Shown here piece after piece: positions 10,964-23,190 of a stretch of DNA of 64,000 bases. The stretch is from the NCBI RefSeq assembly GCF_006345805.1, contig NC_042998.1:118854001-118918000 (forward strand), given 5' to 3'. The notes under the pieces were generated by a model. The model was not told the origin of the DNA. It saw only the letters and a list, made by a program, of their open reading frames with translations, and did not search any database. How positions within the stretch are numbered: position 1 is the stretch's first letter; every line of letters starts with the position of its first letter. Origin of the DNA: Octopus sinensis (taxonomy: Eukaryota). Position numbers and translations under genes: made by a program.

Positions 10964-13458
10964 CAGTAGTTTTATTTTTATAACGTGCTTTCACTTCACT
11001 ACCGAGCGCATCTCTGTGTGCCTTGGGTATGTGCTGTGATTTGTTGTCATACTCTGATGGTTACTGTATTGAAAGTGTTCTGCGTAGGATGTGTGAAGTG
11101 CCTCGTAGTGCAATTTTCTGTATGTTATGTGTTTGTAAGTCCTGGTGTTTTGTTATATATTTGTCTGCATATTTTTTATCATGCCTAATGCACCTACTAT
11201 GATAGGAATTGTTTCTGTTTTTAGATTCCACATTCTAGTTACTTCTATTTCCAGGTCTTTGTATTTTGAAAGTTTCTCCATTTCTTTTAGAGACACGTTG
11301 TCATCTACTGATATTGATACGTCAATTAGAAAGCATTTTTTTCTTCCTGATCACTGACAACTATATCTGGTCTGTTGGCCTTAATTTCTCTATCTGTGTG
11401 TATTGGCATATCACAGAGTATGGTTGCTTTCTCGTTTTCCGTGACCTTTTCTGGTGTGTGCCTATACCATCTTTTTTCTGTTGTTATTCCATAATGTTGG
11501 CATAGCTTCCAGTATATGCAGGTCCCAACTTTGTCGTGTTTGTGAATATATTCCGTATTAGCCAGGACTGGGCAGCCAGAGATAATATGATTTATTGTTT
11601 CTTGTCCATCTCCACATATTCTGCAGTTACTTGTTATATTTCTTTTCATTGCATGTTTTTGGTAATTCCTGATGGGGAGGCTTTGGTCTTGTGCTGCAAT
11701 TAAAAATCCCTCTGTCTCTACTTTGAATCCTGAGCTTCTCAACCACTGCTGGGATTTTTCTTTGTCTATTTCATCTAGTTTAGTCCAGTACTTGCCATGA
11801 AGGGGCTTTTCTTGCCATCGTTTTATCATGGTCCGTTGCTGTTCTAGTTTTAGTTTTGATTTCCTTTGCTTTTAGCTTCTGTTGTGTTTTCTTCTTCTTC
11901 ATATTTGTTAGGTGGTATGATTTCTTGTTTGTATTGGTCAGCTTCCTTAAAGACCGAGAAAAGTTTTTTTTTTGTTTTGCAGCTATTTGTATCAGTTTTC
12001 CTTGCTTCTGAAGTAAGTATTTTTGCAGTCCTATGGTGGTTATTTTATAGTAGTTTTCCAGCTTTATAAGGCTTCTACCACCATCTATACGTTATATATA
12101 TAGCCTTTCTATGTCAGATTTTGGGTGATGCATCCTAGATCCTGTCATTATTTTTCTTGTTTTCCTATCTGTTTTGGTTAGTTCATTTGGCGTCCAGTTA
12201 AGGATTTTGTAGCTGTAACTTATAACTGGGACGGCGAAAGTGTTAATACCTATTATCTTGTTTTTAGCATTAATTCTCTTATTTCATTGGCTTTATCTAG
12301 TGTGATGTTGCTACTCTTCACTAGTTTTCCTCTTTTCAGGGTTACTTTGGCGCATTTTTCTAATCCAAATTTCATATTTATTTCTTTGGTGAATCCATGA
12401 ACTGTCTTTAGTAGTGTTTCCAGTTGTTTGTCTTTTGTAGCGTATAATTTTAGGTCATCCATATATAAAAAGTGGCTGATCGTTTTGCCGTTACATTTAT
12501 ATCTGCATCCAGTTCTACCTAGCATATCGGATAGAGGTGAGTGCCAAGCAGAAAAGGAGTGGAGAGAGCGTGTCTCCCTGGAATATTCCTCTTCTAATGG
12601 GGATGGTTTTGGTTTTCACGAGCCCCTCTTTTGTTTGGAGCTGTAGCACTGTTTGCCATTTATTCATAGAGTGTCTTATGTATTTATAATTGTTGGTGCT
12701 ACTTTGTTAATGGCTATTGTTTCGAGAATCCATGTGTGGGGGATGCTATCAAACGCCTTTCTCTAGTCAATCCAGGCCATACTGAGGCCTTTCTTCTTTC
12801 TGTGGCAGTCTTCAGTTATGGCTTTATTGATCATTAGTTCATCTTCACAGCCATATGAGCCTTTGCGGCATCCTTTCTGCTCTTCTGGAAACATGTTGTT
12901 TTCGTCCAGGTGCTTGTTTAATCTTTGTGATATCACTGCAGTGAATGCTTTGTACATTGTAGGGAGACAGGTTATACGTCTGTAGTTTTCTGGTTTTGCT
13001 GTCTCATTTGATTTGGGAATTAAGATTGTTTTCCTCTTTGTGAGCCATTCAGGCATAGTCTGGCTCCGCCAGTATGTTGTTAAAGTTTTCAGCCAGCTTT
13101 TTGTGCATTCCTGTCAGATATTTCAACCAGAAGTTGGGGATCTTGTCATGACCAGGTGCCTTCCAGTTGCTTAGTCTTTATAGTACCTGGGTTGTTATGG
13201 TGGTCCAAAGTTGCTCAGATGCTGAGATTGTTGTGTTAATACCCCTTTTTTGGTTGTTCTTTTGCCGACCATATTTTTTTCCATAATTCTTCCACTTCTT
13301 CTGCCGTTGGTGCTGCAGTGATGTCTATTTTATTTTTGCCAAGTTCTTGGTAGAACCTTTTGGGGTTGGAGTTGAACTGTTTGTTTTGTTCAAAGAACCG
13401 TTGGCGTTTCTCATACCGGCGGATCCTTTGTGCTTTGGCAAGGATATCTTGCTTTATC

Positions 13459-13459
<1 letters not shown>
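10964..13459 (-). mobile_element. 5'-truncated R4/Dong-clade non-LTR retrotransposon (RT + CCHC + restriction-like endonuclease), frameshifted
   Basis: RT motifs (PENYRRITCLPTMYK, EQKGCRKGSYGC, LYMDDLKLY), zinc knuckle CRICGDGQETINHIISGC, RLE RPDIVV...IDVSISVDDNVSLKEMEKLSKYKDL. (TAA)n on both sides. Confidence 0.9.

Positions 13460-13525
<66 letters not shown>
13460..13525. repeat. (TTA)n microsatellite at the 5' junction of the R4 LINE
   Basis: Direct reading. Confidence 0.95.
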
Positions 13526-13527
<2 letters not shown>

Positions 13528-14873
13528 ATTAATAGTACTAGAAATATAATAAGAACTTATAGTTATACTAAAATATTTTTAGAATCTAAATCAGAAAGTG
13601 ACAAACTAATATTTTACAATTTACGTTCAGATAAAATAATTATAAAATAATAATAATTAAATAAACGTATGTATCTAAATTATCATTACCAAATATAAAA
13701 TTAGAAATTCATATTTAACAATCATTACTTATATAGAGTACATTGATATTTCGTAAATAAAAATGTCTACTTATCTCTCCAAAAGGTGTATAATGAACTA
13801 AAAAAATCCAAAATGAAAAACGTATTACTTAGCGTTTATAAATTTACTCGTGAATACATGGCTTAAAGAAATAGAACAAACCGATGGAAATATAAATTTT
13901 ATCAATGAAAACTACAAATATATTTTAGCTTTAACAAAAAAAAGAGAATAAAATCTGTAACAGAGAATAAAATCACTAAATAGGATATCATTCACTAGAA
14001 ACATAAAATTTTAAATTAACTACGATAAAATATAAACATAATCAAATTACCACATAGTTAAATTAATTTATATAACTACAATTTACTGTAAATTCTCTAA
14101 TACACTTTTACAAATTTATTTGTTTCTTCATATTAAAATGGTTACGCTGGAGCCCAACCTTTATTCGAACGAATCAACCTTTAGACCCATTCTATATAAA
14201 CTCAGTACTAATTCAATCTGTATCAATTTTATAACCACTAATTTAATATACTTAAGTTAATCTAAAAACTGTAATGTAATTAATATTCATTAATAAATAT
14301 TATAATTCATTAAATAAACATCTAAAATAAATCTTATTCGAAATATATAATACAAAGTCATGTTGACCAATATATAAAACATTATCACAAACCATAAACT
14401 ACACTGTCACTTGTAACAAATATATATTATATATCAGATAGATATTCAAAACAAACCCTAACTAATAAATTAAACTTATCATATAAGTAAATTAATGTAT
14501 ATTTAGATCAAATACTTCGCTCATTTAGGGAATAAATGAAGTACAAATTATTATTATAAATAAATGGTACATAAAAAGAAAATTCTTTACTACATATTCA
14601 AAATTATTTAACGTTACTAAAAGCATTTCCCCGCAAAGATAATACTAAATATTTTTAATCTTAGTACACATATAATATAATAAATATGATAAAAATATCA
14701 ATATCAACAACAACAAAATAATGAAATTACTATCTTTTAATCTATATTCACTATATTCATTAATTAAAATATATATTTAGTTAATATATATTAATGATTC
14801 CAATAATAATAAAGATAACGTTCTAATTGATTGTAAATGTATATATACACATATACATATATATGTGTATACG

Positions 14874-14923
<50 letters not shown>

Positions 14924-15159
14924 CAATTGAGGATAAAATCTTTAAAATAAATTATCAGTAGTCAGCGTGAAAAACCTCGTAAGAGAAAAAATCCGTAAAT
15001 TCTTCCTCTTTGAAAATATTCATTTATATTATATTGAGGGTACTACTATTCGTAGATACCAACACGCTAAGAGGGACCAATGCGGTCAAAACTACTAAAA
15101 ATAAACAAAATTTTACCGAATGCAAAACTTCAAAACACATCATTTTAAAAAAGAATTCA

Positions 15160-15223
15160 GTTACATATCACATGTGATTTCGCATTTAATGCTGAATATG
15201 CATTTCATGTTCATCAGTGCAAC
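15160..15223 (-). ncRNA. Type-I hammerhead ribozyme motif, array unit 1
   Basis: GUUGCA-CUGAUGA-A-CAU(GA-AAUGC-AUAUUCA-GCAUU-AA)AUG-C-GAAA-UCACAUGUGA-UA-UGUAAC. Helix I is 6 bp, helix III is palindromic (AUCACAUGUGAU), 10.1/11.1 is an A.C mismatch. Confidence 0.75.
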
Positions 15224-15658
15224 AAACTCAAGAAATATAAGAGAAAACATAACATTACAAGCTCGATAGCCAACCGTAGAATTCGTCGTAGCATGTACGA
15301 ATGTTTATCTTTACATATCTATGAAAATGGCGGGCTTATTCGCAATGCATTTCGGTAACAAATTTTCTAGTCGGAATAAAAATTCAGTATTGAACTATTC
15401 CGGTGAAAAATATATAAATTAACAATTGAGGATAAAATCTTTAAAAGAAAGTATCAGTAGTCAGCGTGAAAAACCTCGTAAGAGAAAAAATCCGTAAATA
15501 CTTCCTCTTTGAAAATATTCATTTATATTATATTGAGGGTACTACTATTCGTAGATACCAACACGCTAAGAGGGACCAATGCGGTCAAAACTACTAAAAA
15601 TAAACAAAATTTTACCGAATGCAAAACTTCAAAACACATCATTTTAAAAAAGAATTCA

Positions 15659-15722
15659 GTTACATATCACATGTGATTTCGCATTTAATGCTGAATATGC
15701 ATTTCATGTTCATCAGTGCAAC
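15659..15722 (-). ncRNA. Type-I hammerhead ribozyme motif, array unit 2
   Basis: Identical to unit 1, offset 499. Confidence 0.75.
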
Positions 15723-16157
15723 AAACTCAAGAAATATAAGAGAAAACATAACATTACAAGCTCGATAGCCAACCGTAGAATTCGTCGTAGCATGTACGAA
15801 TGTTTATCTTTACATATCTATGAAAATGGCGGGCTTATTCGCAATGCATTTCGGTAACAAATTTTCTAGTCGGAATAAAAATTCAGTATTGAACTATTCC
15901 GGTGAAAAATATATAAATTAACAATTGAGGATAAAATCTTTAAAAGAAAGTATCAGTAGTCAGCGTGAAAAACCTCGTAAGAGAAAAAATCCGTAAATAC
16001 TTCCTCTTTGAAAATATTCATTTATATTATATTGAGGGTACTACTATTCGTAGATACCAACACGCTAAGAGGGACCAATGCGGTCAAAACTACTAAAAAT
16101 AAACAAAATTTTACCGAATGCAAAACTTCAAAACACATCATTTTAAAAAAGAATTCA

Positions 16158-16221
16158 GTTACATATCACATGTGATTTCGCATTTAATGCAGAATATGCA
16201 TTTCATGTTCATCAGTGCAAC
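16158..16221 (-). ncRNA. Type-I hammerhead ribozyme motif, array unit 3
   Basis: As unit 1, with one substitution in the helix II loop (gcagaat vs gctgaat on +). Confidence 0.75.
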
Positions 16222-16762
16222 AAACTCAAGAAATATAAGAGAAAACATAACATTACAAGCTCGATAGCCAACCGTAGAATTCGTCGTAGCATGTACGAAT
16301 GTTTATCTTTACATATCTATGAAAATGGCGGGCTTATTCGCAATGCATTTCGGTAACAAATTGTCTAGTCGGAATAAAAATTCAGTATTGAACTATTCCG
16401 GTGAAAAATATATAAATTAACAATTGAGGATAAAATCTTTAAAAGAAATTATCAGTAGTCTGTATTATATATATATATATATATATATATGTGTAAGTAA
16501 TATTACGGTAATAAGAATTATAGAAAATTTTATTACCAGTGGCCTAGCGCAAAAATAGTTAGTCAATAGACTATATATTATTCATATAAAATATCGTGTA
16601 CATTAAAACACATTAAGAGGCTTCCATCATAGAAAAGCTTTGCGCTAGAAAGAGCAGAAAACAACTCAAACCACTTAGCCTTTCAGTTTACCAATACGTA
16701 TCGTCCACTTAATTTTCATCATTATACTTACTTTATTTTTTTCCACATTATTTTCACATATA

Positions 16763-17168
16763 GGTAGAGAGGTAGCTGTGTGGTAGGTAGCTTGCTTACC
16801 AACCACATGGTTCCGGGTACAGTCCCACGGCGTGGCACCATGGGCAAAAGTCTTCTACTATAGCCTCGGGCCGACCAAAGCCTTGTGAGTGGATTTGGTA
16901 GACGGAAACAGAAAATAAGCCCGTCGTATATATGTATATATATATGTATATGTATGTGTGTGTTTATGTTTGTGTGTCTGTTTTTCTCCAAACATCGTTT
17001 GACAACCGATGGTGGTGTGTTTACGTCCCCGTAACTTAGCGGTTAGGCAAAAGAGAACTATAGAATAAGTACTAGGTTAACAAAGAATAAGTCCTGGGGT
17101 CGATTTACTCGACTAATGGCGGTGCTCCAGCATGGCCACAGTCAAATGACTGAAACAAGTAAAAGAGT
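16763..17168 (+). mobile_element. tRNA-derived SINE (family B) with internal microsatellite and CR1-like 3' tail
   Basis: Degenerate A/B boxes (tagctgtgtggt; gggtacagtcc), body cctcgggccgaccaaagccttgtgag, tail ggcggtgctccagcatggccacagtcaaatgactgaaacaagtaaaagag. Paralogues at 27691 and 51125. Confidence 0.85.
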
Positions 17169-17954
17169 ATATTTTTGTGCCGGGGAGCGTTTTCGGGTTA
17201 ATGCTTGTATACTCTTCCTCGTCTTTCTGCGCACTTCGGGTGTTAGCCTAAGATGAAATTCTCTCAATTGCGGCAGCAACACCCTATACTTTTACATTCT
17301 CCCGTACTTTATACTAATTCCGCTCCTCCTTATGCGGAATATCTCTATAATGAGAGTTAACTGCTTCTATCTTTCTACACCCAGCCTTACCCATACCACT
17401 GCAATTCAGGATTTTCTAATATCTATCCTTGGATGTAAACATCTATGTATCATGAAACCAATTCCTAGTACTCAATCATTCCTACCGCCTACTTTACAGT
17501 GATTACTTATATATTTAAAACCAGCTAAATCATTACTTTTTACTCTCTACCGTTATTCTACTGTTGGCACTATACCAGTTCTCCTAAACATATTTTAGCT
17601 TTGAAATTAATATCATTTCTATTCATACTATGTCAATACCAGCTATACTTTCTTTGACAACAAACATCTTTAATAAATATCCTTACCAAACTTTAGTTTC
17701 TTCCTTCATTTTAGGTTTATGATTTAACTCATTAAGGCAAACCCGCCCCTACAGGCTTTTTCCTTTTTCTGTATGTACAGGAAAGCCTAATTCTTTTCTG
17801 TCGAGGGCTTATATGCATCATTATTAGATTATTTTCCTTAGTCATTTGCACAGTGATCGTTATAATCTTTAAACTTTTAAAAGAACACCATTATTATTAT
17901 TTACAGAATCGTAAATCTTGACATCGCTTAACAAAAACATTCGCACCGAAAGCA

Positions 17955-18063
17955 TAGATAGATAGAGAGAGAGAGGGGGGGAGGGAGGGGGAGATAGACA
18001 GATAGACAGACAGACAGACAGATAGATAGACAGATATATAGATTGATAGATAGATTGATAGAG

Positions 18064-18152
<89 letters not shown>

Positions 18153-18180
18153 TATAGATAGATAGATAGATAGATATGGA
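17955..18180. repeat. (TAGA)n/(CAGA)n microsatellite
   Basis: Direct reading. Confidence 0.95.
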
Positions 18181-18245
18181 CATGTATATATATATATATA
18201 TATGTATGTACATATTTATATATACATACATGTATGTATATATAT

Positions 18246-19420
18246 TGTTACGGAATCGGAATCACCCGTCGTCGCTCGTCCCGAACGGCACACACAAGTT
18301 CCGCCACGGAGCCCAAAGAGGCGGAGAGAGGAGATACAGATAGATACTGCCACAACCTCAACAGCACAGAGATACAGAGGCACAACCCGAGATACAACCC
18401 AAAGAGGCAAGGCAACAACTGGCAACACTGGCTTATATTCAAACAACAGTTTATACGACAATTACAATTGTTACAACATCAAGATACATCAAAGCATGCA
18501 CGTGACTACTCAATACATAATACAACAGCATTTCAAGAGTACAACTCAAAGCATAATACAACACCATGTAACAATTCAAGAGTACACGTCCCAAGACAAC
18601 AGTTCTTTAAAGTCTCTTCCTAAACATCACAATCAACAAGTCCTTTACTCTTCTTCTTCACAATGTCCTTTATCGACCACATCGACAGAGTCCTTGACTG
18701 TTCTCTTCACTGTTCAATACACCGTGACACATATCAATGCAGAAACACATACCTCAATTCCTAATTGAATCTGCCAGTGTCCCATTCCTCTCAATACTGC
18801 TAATTCCTCTGAATACTGCTAATTCCCTTCTGTACCGCCAAGCTTTCTCGCATCCAACTTGCTCCTAAGAATTCCAACGCTTGCTCCTTAAATCCAAGGT
18901 TTGTCTGTCTTCTTCGAGGACCGGCCAGCGACTCCAAGATCCGTCTGTGTTCCTCGACGACCGCTCAACGACTGCCAAGACCTCACTTCGTCTCTGTCCT
19001 TGCTTCCACTCCCTCATCTCCCTCTGTCCCGCTCATACCCTCTCTAACTGCCCTGGTCCTTATACTCTATCTATATCCTCAATCTGTCCCTTACTGCTTA
19101 TCCTTTCTATTTGCCCTCTGCTCTTACTCTATCGCTATCGCCTGCCAGACTCTTCCTCTCTATCTGTCCCTTTTCTCTTACTGTCAATACCCTCTCCATC
19201 TGTTCTTAGATTCCCTTAATCTGTCTTCCTCCTTCACTTCTTCAAGGGGTACTCAGAATGACCTCCAATCGACCGCACAAGGTCAGAAAGGTCTCATTAA
19301 TCTCCCACTAGACAACGGACCCGTCACTTTTCACCAGACATACTGGAACCATTATTCCTATGTGGGTCACCAGAAACACTACACTAATTAAACCCGAAAT
19401 GCACTTAGCCAACCGTAACA
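18246..19420. mobile_element. Solo LTR (probably Gypsy-type), 1175 bp
   Basis: Ends TGTTACGG...CCGTAACA (8-bp terminal IR, TG...CA). ATAT on both sides is consistent with a 4-bp TSD but lies within TA-rich repeat. No internal pol. Confidence 0.75.
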
Positions 19421-19490
19421 ATATATATACATGCATGCATATACAGATACATACATACATACATACATACATTCATGCATACATAGATAA

Positions 19491-19564
<74 letters not shown>

Positions 19565-19565
<1 letters not shown>

Positions 19566-21066
19566 CTTTGATACTTTGATACTTTGATAGGTTTCGGCCA
19601 TTATTGGCCCAGACCATGTCTAACTTAATAGCACCACCTGGTGAAGTCTTTCAAGTCAGAATTTGGGCACTATGGCCCACTCAAGTAGAGAGTTATTGTT
19701 TACAGAGACATATCCGGGTGTAGGGGGTTTATCCGGGATTTCTTGAAGGAATCTGTCCAAAGACTTCTTGAACCCTATAGGGTCAGTTTCTGTTTTAATG
19801 TGTTTTGGTGTAATGTTAAAGAGAGCGGGGCCAATTGAGGTGAAATAATTGTGCCGTATTGTTGTTATGAGATGAGAGTGCGATTTTTGTTTTGGGCGGA
19901 TGGCACGGGGCGCAAGCCTTGGATGTACCTTAAAGGTGATGCCAACATCATTTGGGCAATGCTGATGGAATATTTTCCACATCATGCAGATGATGTAGCG
20001 CTCACGACGACGTTGGAGAGAATAGAGTTTTAGCTTTTCTAGTCGACCCCAATAGTCGAGGCCTGTCATGCCATCTATCTTTTTGTGATTGCCCTTTGAG
20101 GTGCTTCAACTTTTATGATACCTTGTATTGTGTGGCGAGACCACAGTGGACAACAGTATTCAAGGTGGGGTCGGGCAAAAGTGGAGAAGAGAAGGATAAT
20201 GGTGTGGATATCTCTCGACTGGAAAGTTCTGAGAATCCAGGAACACATTCTGCGGGCCATGTCAACTTTGGTGTTTATATGAGTGGCCCAGCTTATGTTG
20301 TTGTCCACAATTACTCCCAGGTCTCTGATGTTGTTGGACGCCGCGAGAGTTTCACCTGAAGGAAGGGAGTATGGGAGTTTCAGGGCATCCTCTTTTCCAA
20401 AGTGGATTAGCTCAAATTTATCCTCGTTCAGCAGCATATTGTTTTTTTCTGCCCATTGGATAACAGCCAGTAGATCTGACTGAAGGCATGTCCGGTCACT
20501 CGCCTCATTTATGACCTTCTGTAGCTTGGAGTCATCTGCAAAGATTTTTATGTTGCTGTGCTTGATGATGTCATTAATGTCATTAATGTAAATGATGAAA
20601 AGAAGTGGGCCCAGCACAGTGCCTTGCGGAACGCCACTACTGACTTTGGCTGGGCTTGATTTTACCCCTTCAACTACAACATGTTGAGATCTGTCTGTCA
20701 GGAAACACTTGATCCATTTCAGTAACTTTCCAGAGACACCAATGTTGGATAGTTTTTTCAATAGGATCTTGTGATCGACCCTGTCGAAGGCCTTACTGAA
20801 ATCAAGGTAGATGACATCGGTGTTGGAGCCCTCTCCCAAAGCTCTCAAAATGTCCTCAAAGTGATGCAGGAGCTGCGTTAGGCAGTCCCTTCCATTACGG
20901 AACCCATGTTGGTTGGAGATCAGCCGTCTGTTGCTTTCCAGAAATTGGGTTATTCGAGATCTCACCACCCTCTCAAATACCTTGATGATATGAGAGGTGA
21001 GTGAGATCGGACGGTAATTCACTGCAAGGGACTTGTTTCCCTTTTTGAAAACTGGGACAACAGACT
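19565..21066 (-). mobile_element. Young 5'-truncated CR1-like LINE (RT and C-terminus, one frameshift)
   Basis: ORF 21022-20075 has YRPISLTS, YLDFSKAFD, GVPQGTVLGP and FADD. A 1-bp loss in an A-run joins it to ORF 20069-19656. 3' tail is (ATCAAAGT)x3. Confidence 0.93.
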
Positions 21067-21089
21067 ATATATATATATATATATATAGA

Positions 21090-21409
21090 GGGCGCGTGGC
21101 TTAGTGGTTAGGGCATTCGGCTCATGATCGTAAGGTTGTGAGTTCGATTCCCGGCGACGCGTTGTGTCCTTGAGCAAGACACTTTATTTCACGTTGCTCC
21201 AGTCCACTCAGCTGGCAAAAATGAGTTGTACTTGTATTTCAAAGGGTCAGCCTTGTCACTCTCTGTGTCACGCTGATTATCCCCGAGAACTACGTTAAGG
21301 GTACACGTGTCTGTGGAATGCTCAGCCATTTGCACGTTAATTTCACGAGCAAGCTGTTCCATTGATCGTATCAGCTGGGACCCTCGTCGTCGTAACCGGC
21401 GGAGTCTTT

Positions 21410-21414
<5 letters not shown>
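21090..21414 (+). mobile_element. tRNA-derived SINE (family C) with conserved core-like domain
   Basis: A box TGGCTTAGTGG, B box GTTCGATTCC, CTCATGA loop, core ttgtgtccttgagcaagacactt, T-run end. Flanked by (TA)n. Confidence 0.85.
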
Positions 21415-21456
<42 letters not shown>

Positions 21457-21480
21457 GAGAGAGAGAGAGAGAGAGATATG

Positions 21481-21875
21481 TATAATAATACTAAAGGGTA
21501 AAATCATAGATGATTTTTACCAATTGGTCAACGCGGAAATAAAACCTCATAGGTAAATTTTATAAATATTTTATAATTATATACATAATTATAACAAGGG
21601 CTTGGCTTGCGCCTCACCACGCTCTGAAAAATAGACGTCAAAATACAATATTACCACCATAAATTCTCCGAGAAAAACACACTACATAATAGGTTAGTAG
21701 AAAAAGGAAAATAAATTAATGAATTAAAATTTAGGTTAACCGCGTACATGATCGTGTTTCGGACTTGAAGTAATAAAAAACATTACCTTTTTGCCTTCAT
21801 CAGCGTCGGTATACCCAGGCATTAAATACAACTGGCCACGGATATGTAAACGAGCTGCGTCATCGCAAGTCCTAT
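21481..21875 (-). mobile_element. About 400-bp hammerhead-bearing retrozyme/PLE-like element
   Basis: Between microsatellites. Left end gggtaaaatc...ttacca.ttggtcaacgcggaaa...cctc resembles the start of the 499-bp unit. Body is homologous to 46770-47800. Confidence 0.6.
21740..21809 (-). ncRNA. Type-I hammerhead ribozyme motif
   Basis: CCGACG-CUGAUGA-A-GG..GUAAU(GUUUUUU)AUUAC..CC-GAAA-CACGAUCAUG-UA-CGCGG. Helix III is one change away from the palindrome ACAUGAUCAUGU. Confidence 0.7.
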
Positions 21876-23190
21876 ATATTATATATATAATTATATACAT
21901 ATATAATTATATATATAAGTACATAAGTCTATAATTATAAAATATATACACACACACATATTTATGTATGTATGTATGTATGTATGCATGCATGTATGTA
22001 TGTATGTATGTATGTATGTATGTATGTATGTTTGTATGTATGTATAAGCAATATTTCGTACCGTATGACTAATTGCCACAAAAATCCAACTTTGTGAAGA
22101 GAGTAATCGTGGAACAGAACATATAAAGTGTAATACGTATTACTTTCACCTCATCTTGTAGAGCTGTTACAGCGAGAAAAGATTATTGATGTCGTAGCCG
22201 TGGAATGTAATAAACCAACCAAAACAGGTGTTAAAGTTCATCATCAAAAATTGTTTGATTATGGCATCGATCAAAATAAGCTATTGCGGTATTTCTTCAC
22301 TACTTCATTCCATATGTTAATTTAATTTTATTTCACTTTATTTTTTATTACGCAATTTCTCCTAACTACATCGACGCACTCTATCTACCCTTACAAAGTA
22401 ATCTCCAGTCACTACCCAACAATAATAGCTATAATCTAATCTTTTATAGAGTCTGTCTGCTTTAATTTCACTTAAAGTCGAGAAGACTTCTATAAATTCT
22501 TAACTAACTAACCTTTGGCTCCAAATTTAGACAAAAGTTGAAACGAAATCAATTTACTTATTACTACATAGTGTTACAAATTATACATTTTTCTTTTTAT
22601 ATTTCTGCCTATCTTAATTCATTTTTATTTGAGAATATTTTAACTCTTTATTTAAATAACTATATGGCTTCAATATAAATATCATTACAAATTATTATCA
22701 TGACGCATCTTAAATACAGAAACTAACTTTCTAATGATTCTGTCTTTTATTCATTTCCTCAAAAGTTTAACTTTGGTAAGTAAGTTTAAATTTGTGAATA
22801 ACTAACACCGTCAACCGAAGGAAGACACTGTGCCAATAAATATGGTTCTTTTCATGCTGTGAGTTGAAAGAAACAACATCCCAATTGCCGTCAAATAACA
22901 GCAGAAGTTGACAAATGAATAACACAGTAATTTAACTAGATACATGTAGAAACATGTGAGGAATGACATTGACCATAGGTCTAGAACGGTTAGCAGACCC
23001 GGCACTACAAAGAAAAATATTATGTTGCTGTGGCTCCTTAGCCTCAGGTCAACCCTGAACCAGCAGTCATATGATCAAAGCAGTTTCAACCACGATGCAC
23101 GATCAACCAGGTTATTACCAGACTACACTTCTGTAGTGTCCTACATTTTTTAAAATGATACAGTGTTAACTTAAGAAGATTTAGTTGTTA

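Larger units (their letters stand above)
14921..16460 (-). repeat. Tandem array of 499-bp units (3.1 copies), each with a hammerhead motif; retrozyme/PLE pseudo-LTR-like
   Basis: taacaattgaggataaaatc recurs at 14921, 15420, 15919 and 16418. About 5 substitutions seen between units. Abuts (TA)n at the left end and lies a few bases from (TA)n at the right. Confidence 0.97.

Noticed and set aside
13530-14860. Very AT-rich block as a mitochondrial insertion (NUMT)
   Set aside because: No recognisable mitochondrial gene, tRNA or rRNA motifs; shows diverged internal repeats instead.
14921-16460. CRISPR-like or simple satellite interpretation of the tandem array
   Set aside because: No repeat-spacer alternation; eukaryotic context; an HHR in each unit favours a retrozyme-like origin.
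18202-18768. 188-aa ORF
   Set aside because: Starts in a microsatellite and lies within a solo LTR; low-complexity composition and no domain.
19590-19625. GGCC-loop-GGCC-GAAAC in the CR1 3' UTR as a hammerhead
   Set aside because: Lacks CUGANGA and helices I/III; treated as the LINE 3' stem-loop.
21090-21165. tRNA gene candidates (also 42877-42950)
   Set aside because: A/B boxes are present but the acceptor stems do not close properly and they continue into SINE bodies.
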